From NCBI GenBank assembly GCA_035084275.1, contig CM068749.1, forward strand, positions 19,096,001 to 19,160,000: a stretch of DNA of 64,000 nt, given 5' to 3'. The translations under genes were made by a program, and so were the position numbers. Numbering within the stretch: position 1 is the first letter of the stretch; every line of letters begins with the position of its first letter. The notes under the pieces were generated by a model. The model had not been told where the DNA came from, did not search any database, and saw only the letters and a list, made by a program, of their open reading frames with translations. Below, piece by piece: positions 1 to 12,215 of the stretch. Source of the stretch: Hydrolagus colliei (lineage: Eukaryota).

Positions 1-122
1 AGGCAGGGTCGTGTGTGTGTATATGTGTGTGTGTGGGTGTGTGTGTATGGGCTGTGGACCACTTATGTCTGCCTCGTTTCTTTGTTGCTGGACTTTCATA
101 TTCCATTGTTCATCTTTCCCAG

Positions 123-288
123 GTAATGCTCATGTAACAGCAGACAATCAAGTGGAGTACAGGCCCCTGTCGGGAATTCGCTACATGTGGTGGTACCATT
201 TAATTGGGCTTGTCTGGACCAGTGAATTCCTGCTCGCCTGTCAACAGATGACCATTGCTGGAGCTGTGGTGCGCTGCTACTTTAACAG
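123..288 (+). CDS. SLC44A3: Choline transporter-like protein 3, internal coding exon (gene starts upstream of window)
   Basis: ttcccag|GT..TTTAACAG|gttaaa; encodes (G)NAHVTADNQVEYRPLSGIRYMWWYHLIGLVWTSEFLLACQQMTIAGAVVRCYFN(R), a CTL/SLC44 segment. Paralogue A3 rather than A1 chosen from tail-to-tail position with CNN3 and ALG14. Confidence 0.93.
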
Positions 289-638
289 GTTAAAAAAAAC
301 AAGGGCAACAGATCCAGTCATTGTTTAGCTACAGGTGCGATGTGTTAAGAAGCTATTTGCAGGAACCGGGATTGTAATGCTATGTTCCACAGGAAAGGCA
401 GCTTTACCGGCTGCCAACGGTGACTTCAAACCGAGAAAGTCTTGGGGGGAGTTATTGCCTGGGACACCGACCGGAACTGAAATTCAGACGGGTGGATCAT
501 TACCACGTTGAATGTCTCAATTTTGTCACCTCATAAGTTTGGAAAGTAAAGGAATGAGGATTTGTAAGATATCAAGTGGCTGGTGGCTTTAGAGGCCCCT
601 GACTCAACGATCACCAGATATTGGGGAGATATTTACTC

Positions 639-658
639 GGGGGGGGGGGGGGGGGGGG
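639..658. repeat. Poly-G run (20 nt) in SLC44A3 intron
   Basis: Directly visible homopolymer. Confidence 0.9.
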
Positions 659-2255
659 AGGAAAAAAAGAGCAATTTGTGAATGTTGCCTTAACTTACTT
701 AACAGATGTGATGCTTGCCGATCGTCAACCCAACATGAGATAAGAAAAGAGGAGAAAAAAATAGCTTTGACATAAGTCTAGACTGGCTTCGCACTCAGAT
801 CCTGTGAATGTACAGATTTATAATAATGGTGATGGATGATGATAATGCTTCTATTTTGCGTAGTGCCGTTCATGTTGGGAGCGCATCCCAAATTGGAATC
901 GGTATGAAAATCTGTGTAGTCGCTCAGAGCGACTGGTCCTAGATAGCTTGGCCTTGTTACAGGTCAGAGGTGGTGAGAGAGGAATTTTGTTTTTGCTGTG
1001 GGTTTTCTGCCCCTTCAGTTGTGGTTGGGAGTGTCGCCAAGTGTTACAGGCCGATTCATGTACTCGTAACACAAACCCAAAGGGCAGAGACTGTTCTCAC
1101 TGACTGATCGACCCATTTATCTCTTTAACCATGAACTGAGATGAGTTGCTGCACACAAACAACTCCCAGATTAATTCTTTGTTCTGCTCCTCAATCAGTA
1201 CATCCGGCATATATATATAAATATATATTATATATAGTTACCAGTGTACATGTGTATCCATAGTCCCAGTCACACTTCCCTGTAACCACTATACCCAGTC
1301 ACTGTTTAGCAAATGGATTTACGGATGACAGCTCCACAAATGTACTTCCTGTACATTGCCTTGACTAGCAACCATCTGTCCACTGTTATTGCCCTTTGAT
1401 GGGTGTTTCAGGATGCAGGAAACTGCAGTGTTTCAGACGGCCTTTGTGATCTCCCATGAAGTCTAAACATGTAAATCTCATTTTGAAAATACCAGTGTGT
1501 GCGCGCGTGTGTGTGTGCTGACTATCCTTTTATTATAGTCGGAGCACAGCTGCGCTTTTGCACAGTTTGGGATTTGGCACCGAAAATCATGAGCAGCAGC
1601 TTTTAGTCTGTTTTTATCTGGCAAGGACAGACAGATATGACTTCAAAACCAATTGTGCTGAGTTCAGTCTTACCTAGCAGACATCAGTCAGTAGCTGTGC
1701 TGTAAACATGCTTTGTCTAGAACTGGGCAGTGAGCACTGCTGGGGTATTTGGCCCGAGCATCCGTGGTGTGTTGTTGGTACCATGTGTACAAAACCAAAA
1801 GATAGTAATCTCTGGTGAGATAGACGAGCATATTCACGTGGAGTTGATGGATCCGCACACGTCACAGGGAAGTCAGCGATGGGAAAAAGCGAACCACTGG
1901 GAAACTGAACCCTTCTTCCCAGTGAATTTGTCTGCCGTGAATTCGCCTGTCTTGGTAGATACCCTGATTAGGAGATGGGATTGAGATTGATAGGGACAGA
2001 TTTACAACACAGACAACCCGATATTCCCCCAAAAGAGAATTCCGACGCTGCTGAGGCTATGGAAAACTCATTGGCCAAGTGACCCGTGGCTGCAGTTTAT
2101 CATCCTTCAATTTAAATTTTTTCCAGTGTTGTTAGACTCATCCAAATTGTTAAATTGAGCTATGAATATGCATTGATTCCCCCTCTCTCAGTCTGAGATT
2201 GATATCAGGACCCTCATCGGTAGTTATATTATTAAAATGTAACTTATTTTCTTAG

Positions 2256-2412
2256 GGATAAAATGCATCCACCGAGCAACCCAACCCTGACGGCTGTAAC
2301 AAACCTATTTAACTACCATCTGGGAACGATTGCGAAAGGCTCGTTTATAATCACCCTGGTCAGGATTCCACGGATTGTGCTGCTGTACATTCATGACTGT
2401 CTGAAAGGAAAG
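2256..2412 (+). CDS. SLC44A3: SLC44A3 coding exon
   Basis: ttttcttag|G..GGAAAG|gtgaga; [52 protein letters not shown] contains the YHLGT-AKGSFII motif; phase matches previous exon; absent from ORF track. Confidence 0.93.
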
Positions 2413-2563
2413 GTGAGACAACAGCCTTGAGAATCTTATTTTCCGTGATCTCATTTTAAAGTGGGGCTGGATAGAATTCATACCCTTTCAAATTAATTTG
2501 CCATGACTGTGGTCACAATACGTTTTACCAAGATGCGCAATGTGTGAGATTTGCATGACTTTA

Positions 2564-2907
2564 AATAATTAATAATAATAATAAGCCTTGAATTTGATAT
2601 AACGCTTTTCACATCTTCTAGACGTCTCACCAAAGCGCTTCACAGAATATACTGTAAAGTGAATTGACGGTATACTTGTGGGCGAAATGCGGCAGCCAAT
2701 TGCACATAGTAGTGTGCCACAAACAGTCGTGGATTGAAATGAACAATTTTATTATTTTTGTTTGAGGGATTATTATTAGGCGTGGATTATTATTAGGCGT
2801 AATAAGGAAACTTTACCAAGATTTTGCCCTGACCTGCCTGGATTCGAACACAGGTCTCTAGCTTGTAAGGTGAGTGCTCTAACCACTGAGCCACAAGAGC
2901 TTCACAA
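2564..2907 (-). mobile_element. tRNA-derived SINE with L2-type (ATT)n tail, near full length
   Basis: Minus strand has A box TGGCTCAGTGG, B box TGTTCGAATCC, shared body and TCAAATTCAAGG(ATT)n tail; aligns by eye with copies at 5570, 47737, 54661. Confidence 0.9.
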
Positions 2908-3994
2908 GATTTCGGAAACAAAAATTTACGTTTGAATGTCCCGTTGTGGGCGCTGTTACCCCTGTGATTGTGTATCTTTATTTACTGAATGGCTAATTGG
3001 TGGTCAGCTTCTATTTCTGTTACAATGATTGAAAAGTATTGGCAACAGAACTTAGTGACTCGCCTCTGAGATCAGCAATGAACTGTACAGATTGTTATGG
3101 ACTTCACAGTGTTCCAGGACTATCAGTAATTGCGTTCTGGGGCCTGCCCGCCTCTTATTTCCAAAGTGTTGTACAGTGAGGTAATGGTTTAGGAATGTGC
3201 GTTGTTTTTCTGGCGAGGAAATGAGACCATTGAAAGTCACAGACTGGCATCTTACAAAACAATCCGGTGGGGTAATCGCAGCATGACTATGTGCAAAAGC
3301 ACTGGGACATAAAGAGTATTTTTCTCGGCAGAATTTCCGCGAGTCACACACGATGTATGACCTCAGCTCTGATGAAATCTTGTGTCTGGACCAAAATCTT
3401 AGGGGTCTTCCCAGAGACAGTGTCCGTTTACATCACAGGCACTTGACCTTGCGCATGTGGTTAAGAGCATTTATTTTTAATCTGTTGGGGATAAGTTTGT
3501 ATATTAAAAATATATAGCAATGTGAATCATGTTGCAAAGTTTGAGATGCGAATGTTTTCTTGAGCAGAATTCTTGCTTGTCCTCCTACACACCCATTGTT
3601 TGTGGAAGGAATAGATAAGACATTTGAGACAGTATATTCCCATTAAGTGCAGCATTAATGGACAAGTTGTACTGTTCTGGATAAATCAGTGTATTGAGGG
3701 AATAGGCATTAACCTGAAGGATGCATTTTTTTTCTCCTAACACAGAGTCCTGAAGTTAATGATTGGTATGTACACTAGAAGAACATTATTTTGAATTAAG
3801 CCTCACACTCCACTTGAACATACAGAACTACTTCACCACATACAGTTGCGCACATCTTGATTGAATTATCATTCAAACTTATTGAATACTAATTCAGTCA
3901 TTTGAAATGTTTCAAATCTGTTCTTTTTCTTTACTACTTTTACAATTAGTTGGAGTCTTTCCATCAAGTTGCCTAACGTTTTGTAGATGTAACG

Positions 3995-3995
3995 A

Positions 3996-4026
<31 letters not shown>

Positions 4027-4165
4027 CCTTGCATTTGATATAGCACTTTTCATGTCTTCTAGGTGTCTCAAAGCGTTTCACAGAATATACTGTAGAGTTA
4101 ATTGACTGTATATTTGTGATGGAATGCGGCAGTCAATTCTGCACAGCAGTGTCCCACAAACAGTC
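3995..4165 (-). mobile_element. 5'-truncated copy of the same SINE
   Basis: (aat)n ccttgcatttgatatagc..gtcccacaaacagtc matches the family 3' half. Confidence 0.88.
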
Positions 4166-4339
4166 AAGAACGTAAAAAATTTAAAGTAAAAAGTAAATGG
4201 GAACAAGAGCCTCGAATGAAGCAATACTGACGACAAAAGTTATTTTATTTTTTTAAAATAACGTTCAAGAGCAACTTCCGAACTACAAAATAACTTGATA
4301 TATAAACCAAGTTTGACTGACTTTCATTGCCTCTTTCAG

Positions 4340-4423
4340 GAAGGTGCCTGTGCCAGATGTTTGGGTAATTGCTGCATGTGCTGTCTCTGGTGTCTGGAAA
4401 AGTGCCTGCGATATTTAAACCAG
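4340..4423 (+). CDS. SLC44A3: SLC44A3 coding exon (Cys-rich)
   Basis: ctctttcag|GAA..CAG|gtaaaa; [28 protein letters not shown], 84 nt, phase 0. Confidence 0.94.
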
Positions 4424-5569
4424 GTAAAATCCTCAACGAAAAACTGTGGAAAGGACTTTAGCAAATGCGGTGTCAGGAATGAATTTACGTTGCTTACCAG
4501 AAAAGGTAAGAAGTGCCCCTCGCTTGATTTGAAAGGTTCAAATAATTCCACAACTGATTCACTCGAATATGTGGAAATAAAGATGAAAATGAATCTGAAA
4601 TTTCCCCCCCACTGACCTTGTGGGTGAAAGCAACACTCAGTACAGCACAGACCAGAAAGTCATAGGTTGAAATCCCAGGCTGCCCTGGATTAATCGCCTC
4701 AGAACCCACTCCTGTGATCTGCTATGATTGTTGGAAGATTGAAACCGCATGGGGATTTTTTTGGGGGTTATTGTTCGAGTTTCAATGCATAAAGGTTGTT
4801 TGTTTATTTATTGAAGATTTTAAACAATGTTACTTATAAAGAAAGGTCTTAGCATCGGGGTTAGTTTCAATTGTGCAGTTTCAGATGTTGTCAGTATGTG
4901 TGTGTGTGTGTGATGTGTTTTAGGTTAGGCTTCTTTTTAAAAAAAACCAGCATTACAGGAACCATGGCGCTTTGTGTCTGCTCCTTGACTGTTGGGTTAT
5001 TCCAAGATATCTTTTTCTGGCACGGATAACGGACTCGCAAAAGACAAGATCGGATGTTACCATGGTAGCCATGTGTCCCTGATCTCCCTCCAGTACAGTG
5101 TATCTCACATTTTACCACTTGGTTCAGCTCCTTCACAAAGCATTGATTATTCCCAGCAAACAGTGTATGGAAAAAGAGCAACTGGAAATGTGCCACAAGG
5201 CTGTTCTCATGGATCTTACTGGCTGATCTTTCCCGATCTACATGACTCCGAGGTGAACCGGCCAGAGGAAGTGCATTTTTTAAAATTTGCATAAAATTCC
5301 CGTCAAGTAAATCAGATTTGCCGCTGAACTCATCTTTCCAATTCACACCACCACATTTATCTACTCACTCGGGAACGTCTCCAAACCTCACTTGGCATTT
5401 CAGGGGAGTTGACGTATTGATGCATGGCTTATTCTCACGATTTTTGTTTTTCATTTGGTAAACCAACAATCCTTCAGATGAATCGGTCGATGTCACCGCC
5501 TGCTTGTTGCACAAAATGATGGTCACTGCACTCGATGTTATTTATCCTGCTTGAAAATGTAAACTCACC

Positions 5570-5879
5570 AAATAATAATGATAATAATCCTTCCATTCGA
5601 TATAGCGCTTTTCACGTCTTCTAGACTTCTCAAAGCGCTTCACAGAATATACCGTAAAGTGAACTGACTATATTTGTGGGCAAAATGCAGCAGCCAATTG
5701 CACAGCTGTATCCCACAAACAGTCGTGGATTGAAATGACCAATTTATTATTGTTTTTTTTTGGAGGAATCATTATTAGGCATGTGGATTAAGGAAACTTG
5801 CCTAAGGTTTCATCTTGCCTGGAAGTGAACCCAGGTCTCTCGCTTGGAAGGCGAGTATTCTAACCACTGAACTCTACAA
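5570..5879 (-). mobile_element. tRNA-derived SINE, near full length
   Basis: Same tail, body and tRNA-like head (gaacccaggtctctcgcttggaaggcgagtattctaaccactga). Confidence 0.9.
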
Positions 5880-6194
5880 TAAGTTTAAGAATCATTGAAA
5901 TCATTTTGTAACCTATTGTTTGATTCAGAACTGCAATACCCACTGCCTGCTTGGTTTAACACATCAATAAAAGACTGTTTTACTGGGGTGTCACAGCATT
6001 GAGCAAATGGGGGAGAAATCCAAAGTGATGACAAACATTTGTTCAGCAAGAAAGGGGAAAAGAGAGAGGATCCATTTTCATCCACTAAATGATATAGAAT
6101 TGTTCCTTTAAAAAGTACAACAAAGTTAAGATCCACGAGTAAAGGTTTTGTAATGATTTGCTTTGTGTATCGTGAGTTTTTCTCTTTGTTTCAG

Positions 6195-6332
6195 AATGCA
6201 TACACGGCAACTGCTATCAACGGGACGCATTTCTGCACTTCAGCTAGAGACGCTTTCGCTTTGATAGTAAATAACGCGCTGAGTGTGGCAACTGTCAACT
6301 CTTTTGGGGACTTTCTATTATTTCTTGGAAAA
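6195..6332 (+). CDS. SLC44A3: SLC44A3 coding exon
   Basis: tttgtttcag|AAT..AAA|gtgagt; [46 protein letters not shown], 138 nt. Confidence 0.95.
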
Positions 6333-7169
6333 GTGAGTACCCGGCATTGTTAATGCTTCATTAACAGGCTGCTATGTTGGCTTAAAGGTCAGCGTCAGTC
6401 AGTAACAGGAATCACATTGTTATTTGCGGCTCGTAGAATATATTTTCCGTAATGAAACCATTAATGCAATTTTAACGTCATTACTGTATCACACAGAGCT
6501 TGGGAGCTGTGAGTTTGGGGTGTTATAATAAGGTCTAGTTTACAGCCAATCTTCCTTAACACAATAAAGTGTCATTTGGAAAATAATGTAAACTGTGGTG
6601 CAGCAGATGTCTAAACAAGAATGTAATTGAGATTTATTCTCATTGTGAATAATGACGGAAACTGAATCAGTTTGGGTCACTGGTGTACAGCTGTTGACCT
6701 CCACTGTTGACCTCTGTTGTACACAGACATCGCTCTCTGATGCTACTTATCAGAAACACTTGAAGATCTCTGATCAGCCTGATGTGGTCTGGAAATTAAA
6801 AATCAATTCTTAATATAAAAGTGGTCATATTTTTGATCTGTGCAAGACTTTTAAACACAAATGAAGTGCTGTTGGGGGAGGCTTCAGTCTATTGTGTATT
6901 CGGTGCGCTTAAAGTCATGTCGTGAACATTTAATAGCTTTCCCTTAAATAAAAAAACTGGTCATAAATGCCTACCACCTGACTACGGCGCTATGGATATA
7001 CTTGACATTGATTAAAAATCTTTCACTTAGTAACAGTATCTGATATTGTCACAAGACAATGTGAAAAAAAGTATTGAGTTGCACTTGATGTCGCCATATT
7101 ACTGCACATTGATCTTTCTCGGTCTGCGTGAGGGGCGCTATATAAATGTAAGTTGTTGTTGTTTTTCAG

Positions 7170-7406
7170 GTTTTTGTCATGTGTTTCACAGGCTTTGGAG
7201 GTCTTGTGGCTTTTAACTATCACCGGGATCTAAATGTCTGGGTGGTCCCCCTCATAATTGTGTGCTTTTTTGCCTATCTGGTGGCACACTGCTTCTTGTC
7301 TTTGTTTGAAATGGTGGTAGACATCCTGTTGATGTGCTACACTATTGACCTGGCAACGAATGATGGCTCAGCAGAAAAACCATACTTCATGGACAAGCAG
7401 TTGATG
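7170..7406 (+). CDS. SLC44A3: SLC44A3 coding exon
   Basis: gtttttcag|GTT..ATG|gtgagt; VFVMCFTGFGG...LFEMVVDILLMCYTIDLATNDGSAEKPYFMDKQLM with the NDGS..PYFM motif, 237 nt. Confidence 0.95.
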
Positions 7407-7461
7407 GTGAGTGTGACAAGCAATGATTTTAACATCATTAAATGTTAAAATGATGTTAAAT

Positions 7462-7561
7462 CATCTCCCTATAATTGCTTCTTAATATATATATATATGC
7501 ATCTCTATAATTGTGCATCTCTCTATAATTGCTTCTTAATATATATATATAGAGAGAGAGA
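7462..7561. repeat. Local tandem duplication ctataattgcttcttaa(ta)n
   Basis: Two full copies and one partial copy, followed by (ag)n. Confidence 0.8.
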
Positions 7562-8530
7562 TATAAACACAGACGTACTGAGCGATGTTCATGTCCTGTG
7601 TGCAGAACTGTAAGGAGCAATGTGCAATCTCAATTTAAAAACATCTTCAACTCTTTAAATGTCACAAATGAATTTATTTTACTCAGCCTCTGCTCAAATG
7701 GATGGACTGCAAGACCTCCATGATAAACTGTGCAATGCGATCGTGCAATGTACACAAGGTTTAGTTTGTATAAAAGTGTGAGCAATGTGCTGCATACAAT
7801 TTAACTCAATAAAATAGTTCTATTTAAGGATGAAATGTGAGCCTTTTCTCTTCCTCTGCCAGTAACTGGGGAGGAATTAATTAGACCTCCCTCAGAGACT
7901 GATAAACAAAGGGACTCTTGGATTCCTTATGATTTGGGTAATGTATAACTCAATGCAGAGTTATATACCCATCAATGAAACCTTACAACGTCAGTAAGTT
8001 GACGACCTTATCAGGCTTAGCTATGGTGAACGCAATTCAGGTTTTGAAGGCTACAGTTCATAAGGAAGCATATTTTCCACCATGTTGTTGAAGATGAATT
8101 GTTTTAGCTTCGTTTGTGACGTTCTTGCCCTTGTGCTGTTTAATTATCATTGGTCATTACCATCATTATGGTTCAGCCTGGACTGCGGCAGCAGCTATGA
8201 CACTGGGAATGGAGGGGGAGGGGAGGAGACAAGGAGGGGGTGACTTTGAAGTCAAGTCCAAAGCTGTCCACATGTGCATTTTCCATCACAAGTCTCAGGA
8301 TAGTCATCAAGATGTCTGATTTTCCATTCTAAACCTCAGAGGCCAATTCACATGGTCATAGTGCATGCTTGACTAAGAAATCAAGCTATGAGATCTAGAT
8401 TGTTTTTACTGGGATCTTTATTTCTTTGTTGTTTGATGCAGTTTCTGTAAAACTTTGAAAATCCTACAGCCAACAAATTATGTTCACATAACAGTTACGA
8501 TTCCTTTGGTCTTTTTTATATATTGTATAG

Positions 8531-8620
8531 GAGTTTATGGGAAAAAGCAAACGGATTGCAGAGAGAAACAGAAGCGACGAAGTGGAAAATAACAGAGATG
8601 CAACAGAACTGCAGTCAATA
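8531..8620 (+). CDS. SLC44A3: SLC44A3 near-terminal coding exon
   Basis: ttgtatag|GAG..ATA|gtaagt; EFMGKSKRIAERNRSDEVENNRDATELQSI, resembling the EF...TELQAI end of CTL3. Confidence 0.85.
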
Positions 8621-8939
8621 GTAAGTAGAGAAGGCAAAGTATTGAGCAATTACACACTTCCTTATCCATGAGAATAACTGACACACATTCAAAAACGACA
8701 GATGAGGTGAGATGCACTTCCTTTGTTGATGCAAATACTAACCAGTTGGAAGCTGATCAAGAGGCCATCAAATAGAAATTTTTGTAATCTTTTAAATTTT
8801 GATTTTCACCATATTTTGAGTTAGCTGATCTAATTGGAGGTGGTGGTAATTTGATTGCTGTAAGCAGCGTCAATGCTCTGCCTATGAAAGGGGGAATAAT
8901 CCTGATTGCTCCAGCAAGCTCAACCAGAGGTCTCTGTAG

Positions 8940-9060
8940 ATAATAATAATCCTTGCATTTGATTTAGTCCCATCTTCAGGATAACTCATTGCTTCACAGA
9001 ATATACTGTAAAGTGAATTGACTGTATTTGTGTGGATGAAACAGGTACAGCAGCATCCCC
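8940..9060 (-). mobile_element. Degenerate 3' fragment of the same SINE
   Basis: ataataataatccttgcatttgat..gcttcacagaatatactgtaaagtgaattgactgtatttgtg. Confidence 0.8.
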
Positions 9061-9204
9061 ATTCCCAATTTTTCAAAGCTCATAGGTGAGCAATTATACA
9101 TATTAATAGCTGGGTGCTCATTTTATAAAGCAGTTGGCAATAAGCAGTCTACAGTCTACTAATTTTAAGTTTCAATGTAAATGTCAGCTCTATTTGTATT
9201 GCAG

Positions 9205-9261
9205 AGTGCAAACAGTATGATGCTCAGTGAAGAGAACCGATTGCCAACAGAAACCAACTAA
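9205..9261 (+). CDS. SLC44A3: Probable SLC44A3 terminal coding exon (SANSMMLSEENRLPTETN*)
   Basis: Acceptor ctctatttgtattgcag followed by an open phase-0 frame to TAA at 9259-9261. No homology support that I can recognise. Confidence 0.5.
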   Translation, partial: SANSMMLSEENRLPTETN

Positions 9262-11999
9262 TGATGCCTTAATCTTCAATGACTGCAAATCCATACAAGT
9301 TGAGCCCTGTTACATTAATCTAGATTTGTTTTCATTAAGAAAATATTTTGCATTTGTGTTGGTCCCATTTCTTTGTAAGAATTGTATTTGTGTACTGTTT
9401 AGTCTTTCATAATCTGGACAGGAATTGTTATGAAGGCTTCCCACCCCCTGCCCTCCACCTTCCCCCAGCTCAGGTCCAAAACACTGACTGTCCAGCATCT
9501 TAGAATGGCCTCCTGACGTGAAAGGCGCTCTATAATTTTGGTGTTTTTAAACTGAAGCCAGGAATAATTTAGCAGACTTTTATATTGCTTTCTCCTGTTC
9601 ATGCAAGTGATGTCCTGCAGACAATTTCATCCTATTTGGTTTGACAATGCAAGCATCAAGATTGAACAGTTTGTACAGTTCATAATTTTATACTGTTTTT
9701 GCCTTAATATTTAACTAAGAATGAAGGCAGCTTAACTGGAAAGTTATGATTCAATATGATTATTAATACTTGCCATCAATGGTTTCAACTGTAAAATAAT
9801 GTTGTTCTGATGTAGTTAATTAGTGGGTAAATCCAATCACTACAAAGAAGAATGTGAAGTTGAGCATTTTAAGAGTTGACTGTTTATATGATGACAGATC
9901 TCATTTTTAATTAAAACAGAAATTCAGTTTCAAAGCATGAAGTGTTCTGCATTAATATTAGTTTTTCAACACTAGAATTTATACTACCACAAATTATTAC
10001 ACTTGGAGAACACAAAATCTCATCCATTATATTATGGAAAGGGAATGGCGATTAATTGCATATTAAAATAGGTTTTCCTTCCACTTAATTAAATCCTGGT
10101 CTACCTCTCAACTTATCTTTCTTAGCTCACTAAAGTTGTTTCTTAAACCTTCAGTTAATGAATCCTCCTTCCTGCTGAGAGTTCAGGTGAAAGCTGACTT
10201 CTATGGCTTCCTTTCTACCTCACACAGCAATCTTGGATAATGTTGGCAAAGTTCCTCATGCCATTCTGTTCAGCCATTATGACTGAACCTTATATTTGCC
10301 TATTAAGTATTCCACTCAGACATGGGGCTTCTTATTGAAGTTCTCCCTTTTCCTTGCAACTTTATTCTAATCCTTGAAGTTAGTTTAGTTCTCAGAATTA
10401 AATACTAAACCAATTATTCATTAGCCAGAGGAAGTTGCCAGGAATTCAGCCCTCTGACTGTAAACTTGGTTCTGTGTAAAGTTATCTATAACTGTAAACT
10501 GTGTGCCTTTTTTGGGGTGGGTGGGGGGGTGGTAGGAGAAGAAACCTGGACTAGGCTGAGTAAAGTAAATGCTTTTAAAAACTACTACTGTTTTAATCAA
10601 AACACCAATTTCACATTTAGTAAGCTTACAACCCAACAACAGCTTGGTGTTGAACTGTTAAATTGCCCGTCAACAGTAAATACTACAATCAAGGTATTGT
10701 TTAGCTTCATTAGTACTTACACCAGAGACATTGAGTGCAGAGTGAATGGGACGCTCATTATACCATTCCCCCATCCTTGCCTTGTTATAATAGAGGATTG
10801 GCTAGATTCCAATACTTATAACAAAGACTTAGTGTTCTGCTACAGGACATTGAAGCAAAACATTCAGTGACAGAATGAATGCAGTCTTAATCAAAGATGG
10901 TAATACTTGACTTTAAAAGACTTTTAAAAAATGTAATTCAGTTGGCTCTAACCATTAAAAGTCTTGCATCTGCTTTTATTCTGTACGAGGCATTTAAAAC
11001 AGAATTTTGGAAGAGCCACCAGAAGCAGAATTTTTCATGACATTATTACAAAAGTGTGAATTCATTTCACAGCAGTTTCTATAATCAAAAACACAAAACA
11101 GCTTCCAAAGATAAATGAAAGTTATTTATAAGTTGCATTTGGATTTAATGTAAAACAAATCTTTAATGTAAAAAAGTAAATCACCCGCCTCATACAGCTC
11201 TTCATTGTGTTCAAGCTGTTATCCCTTTTTATCCGGTTACTGTGCTATTTCATGGTTTACAGTAGTTGGGACAAATAGTTGCTTTCCTTCATATAACTTC
11301 TTTAAATAGATTTGATAGCTATTTTTAATATATCAAAATTCACTTAATTTCACAAGACAAACACAAAACTCAAGTTCCAACTACAGTGATCCTATCTTTA
11401 CAATCTGTCCCTAATGTATCAATCCAGTCCCATAGAAATATACATCAACATCCTTTGCTGATGTCATTACCTCTCTCTCCTACCATTATGTGTGAAAGTT
11501 TATTTCCACTCAGCTCCTGTTAATCCTGCAAGCCAAAGCCTTAGTGGGTAGGATCCCACTAGGATCCCAGTTGGACGAGCAGCAGAAAGTGCTGTCAATG
11601 GCAAGCTATGTGGTTTCTGCTGGTTGGATTCCAGCAATACCCCACGCACACTCTGGGGTCCCCAACCCTTGGTTCTTGCCAACATGTGCCAAATACTTCC
11701 TGGAATTAGGTAAACAGGACGTGTCCTTTTGGTATAGATAGTGCTGCACATTCCATTCCAACAAATACTGATGTGAAAGGCACTATATAAATGTAATTCT
11801 GTTGTTGCTGTATTTCTGGAATTTCACATAGATGGGATGCATAGAACTCTTGTTAGGTTTGGATACCTTTAAGCATGGTGATGGTTTTCTGCACATGGAA
11901 TTCAAAAACATTTCCTCTACACTGCATAAGACAAACAATTAACACAATTATGACCAGAAAAATACATGCACCAATTGTAATCGACTCAAACTATTATGC

Positions 12000-12215
12000 C
12001 AGGGGTTCCTAGTCCCACATCCTTCATTTTCTCTAAACCATATCTTGTGCACATGGTTGCTTCCCCAACAGCTGACTGCAGCAGTCCTACCACTCGGAAA
12101 GTTTCTCCTGATCTCTATTCTAGACTGCCAAGTTGGAAATGTAAAATTATGCCCTCTAATTCTGGACTCCCTGAACACCAGAAATAATCTCTCTCCATCC
12201 ACCCTATTTAATTGG
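12000..12215 (-). mobile_element. Degenerate CR1 3' fragment
   Basis: Minus strand MDGERLFLVFRESRIRGHNF..IRRNF, typical of the CR1 ORF2 end. Similar relics at about 24790-25000 (+) and 45455-45610 (+). Confidence 0.75.

Noticed and set aside
7995-8016. Second hammerhead copy (also considered about 3370-3400, 19538-19568, 24690-24712, 30900-30925)
   Set aside because: Partial resemblance only; each lacks an intact CUGANGA core, GAAAC-GUH or stem I. At most decayed relics.
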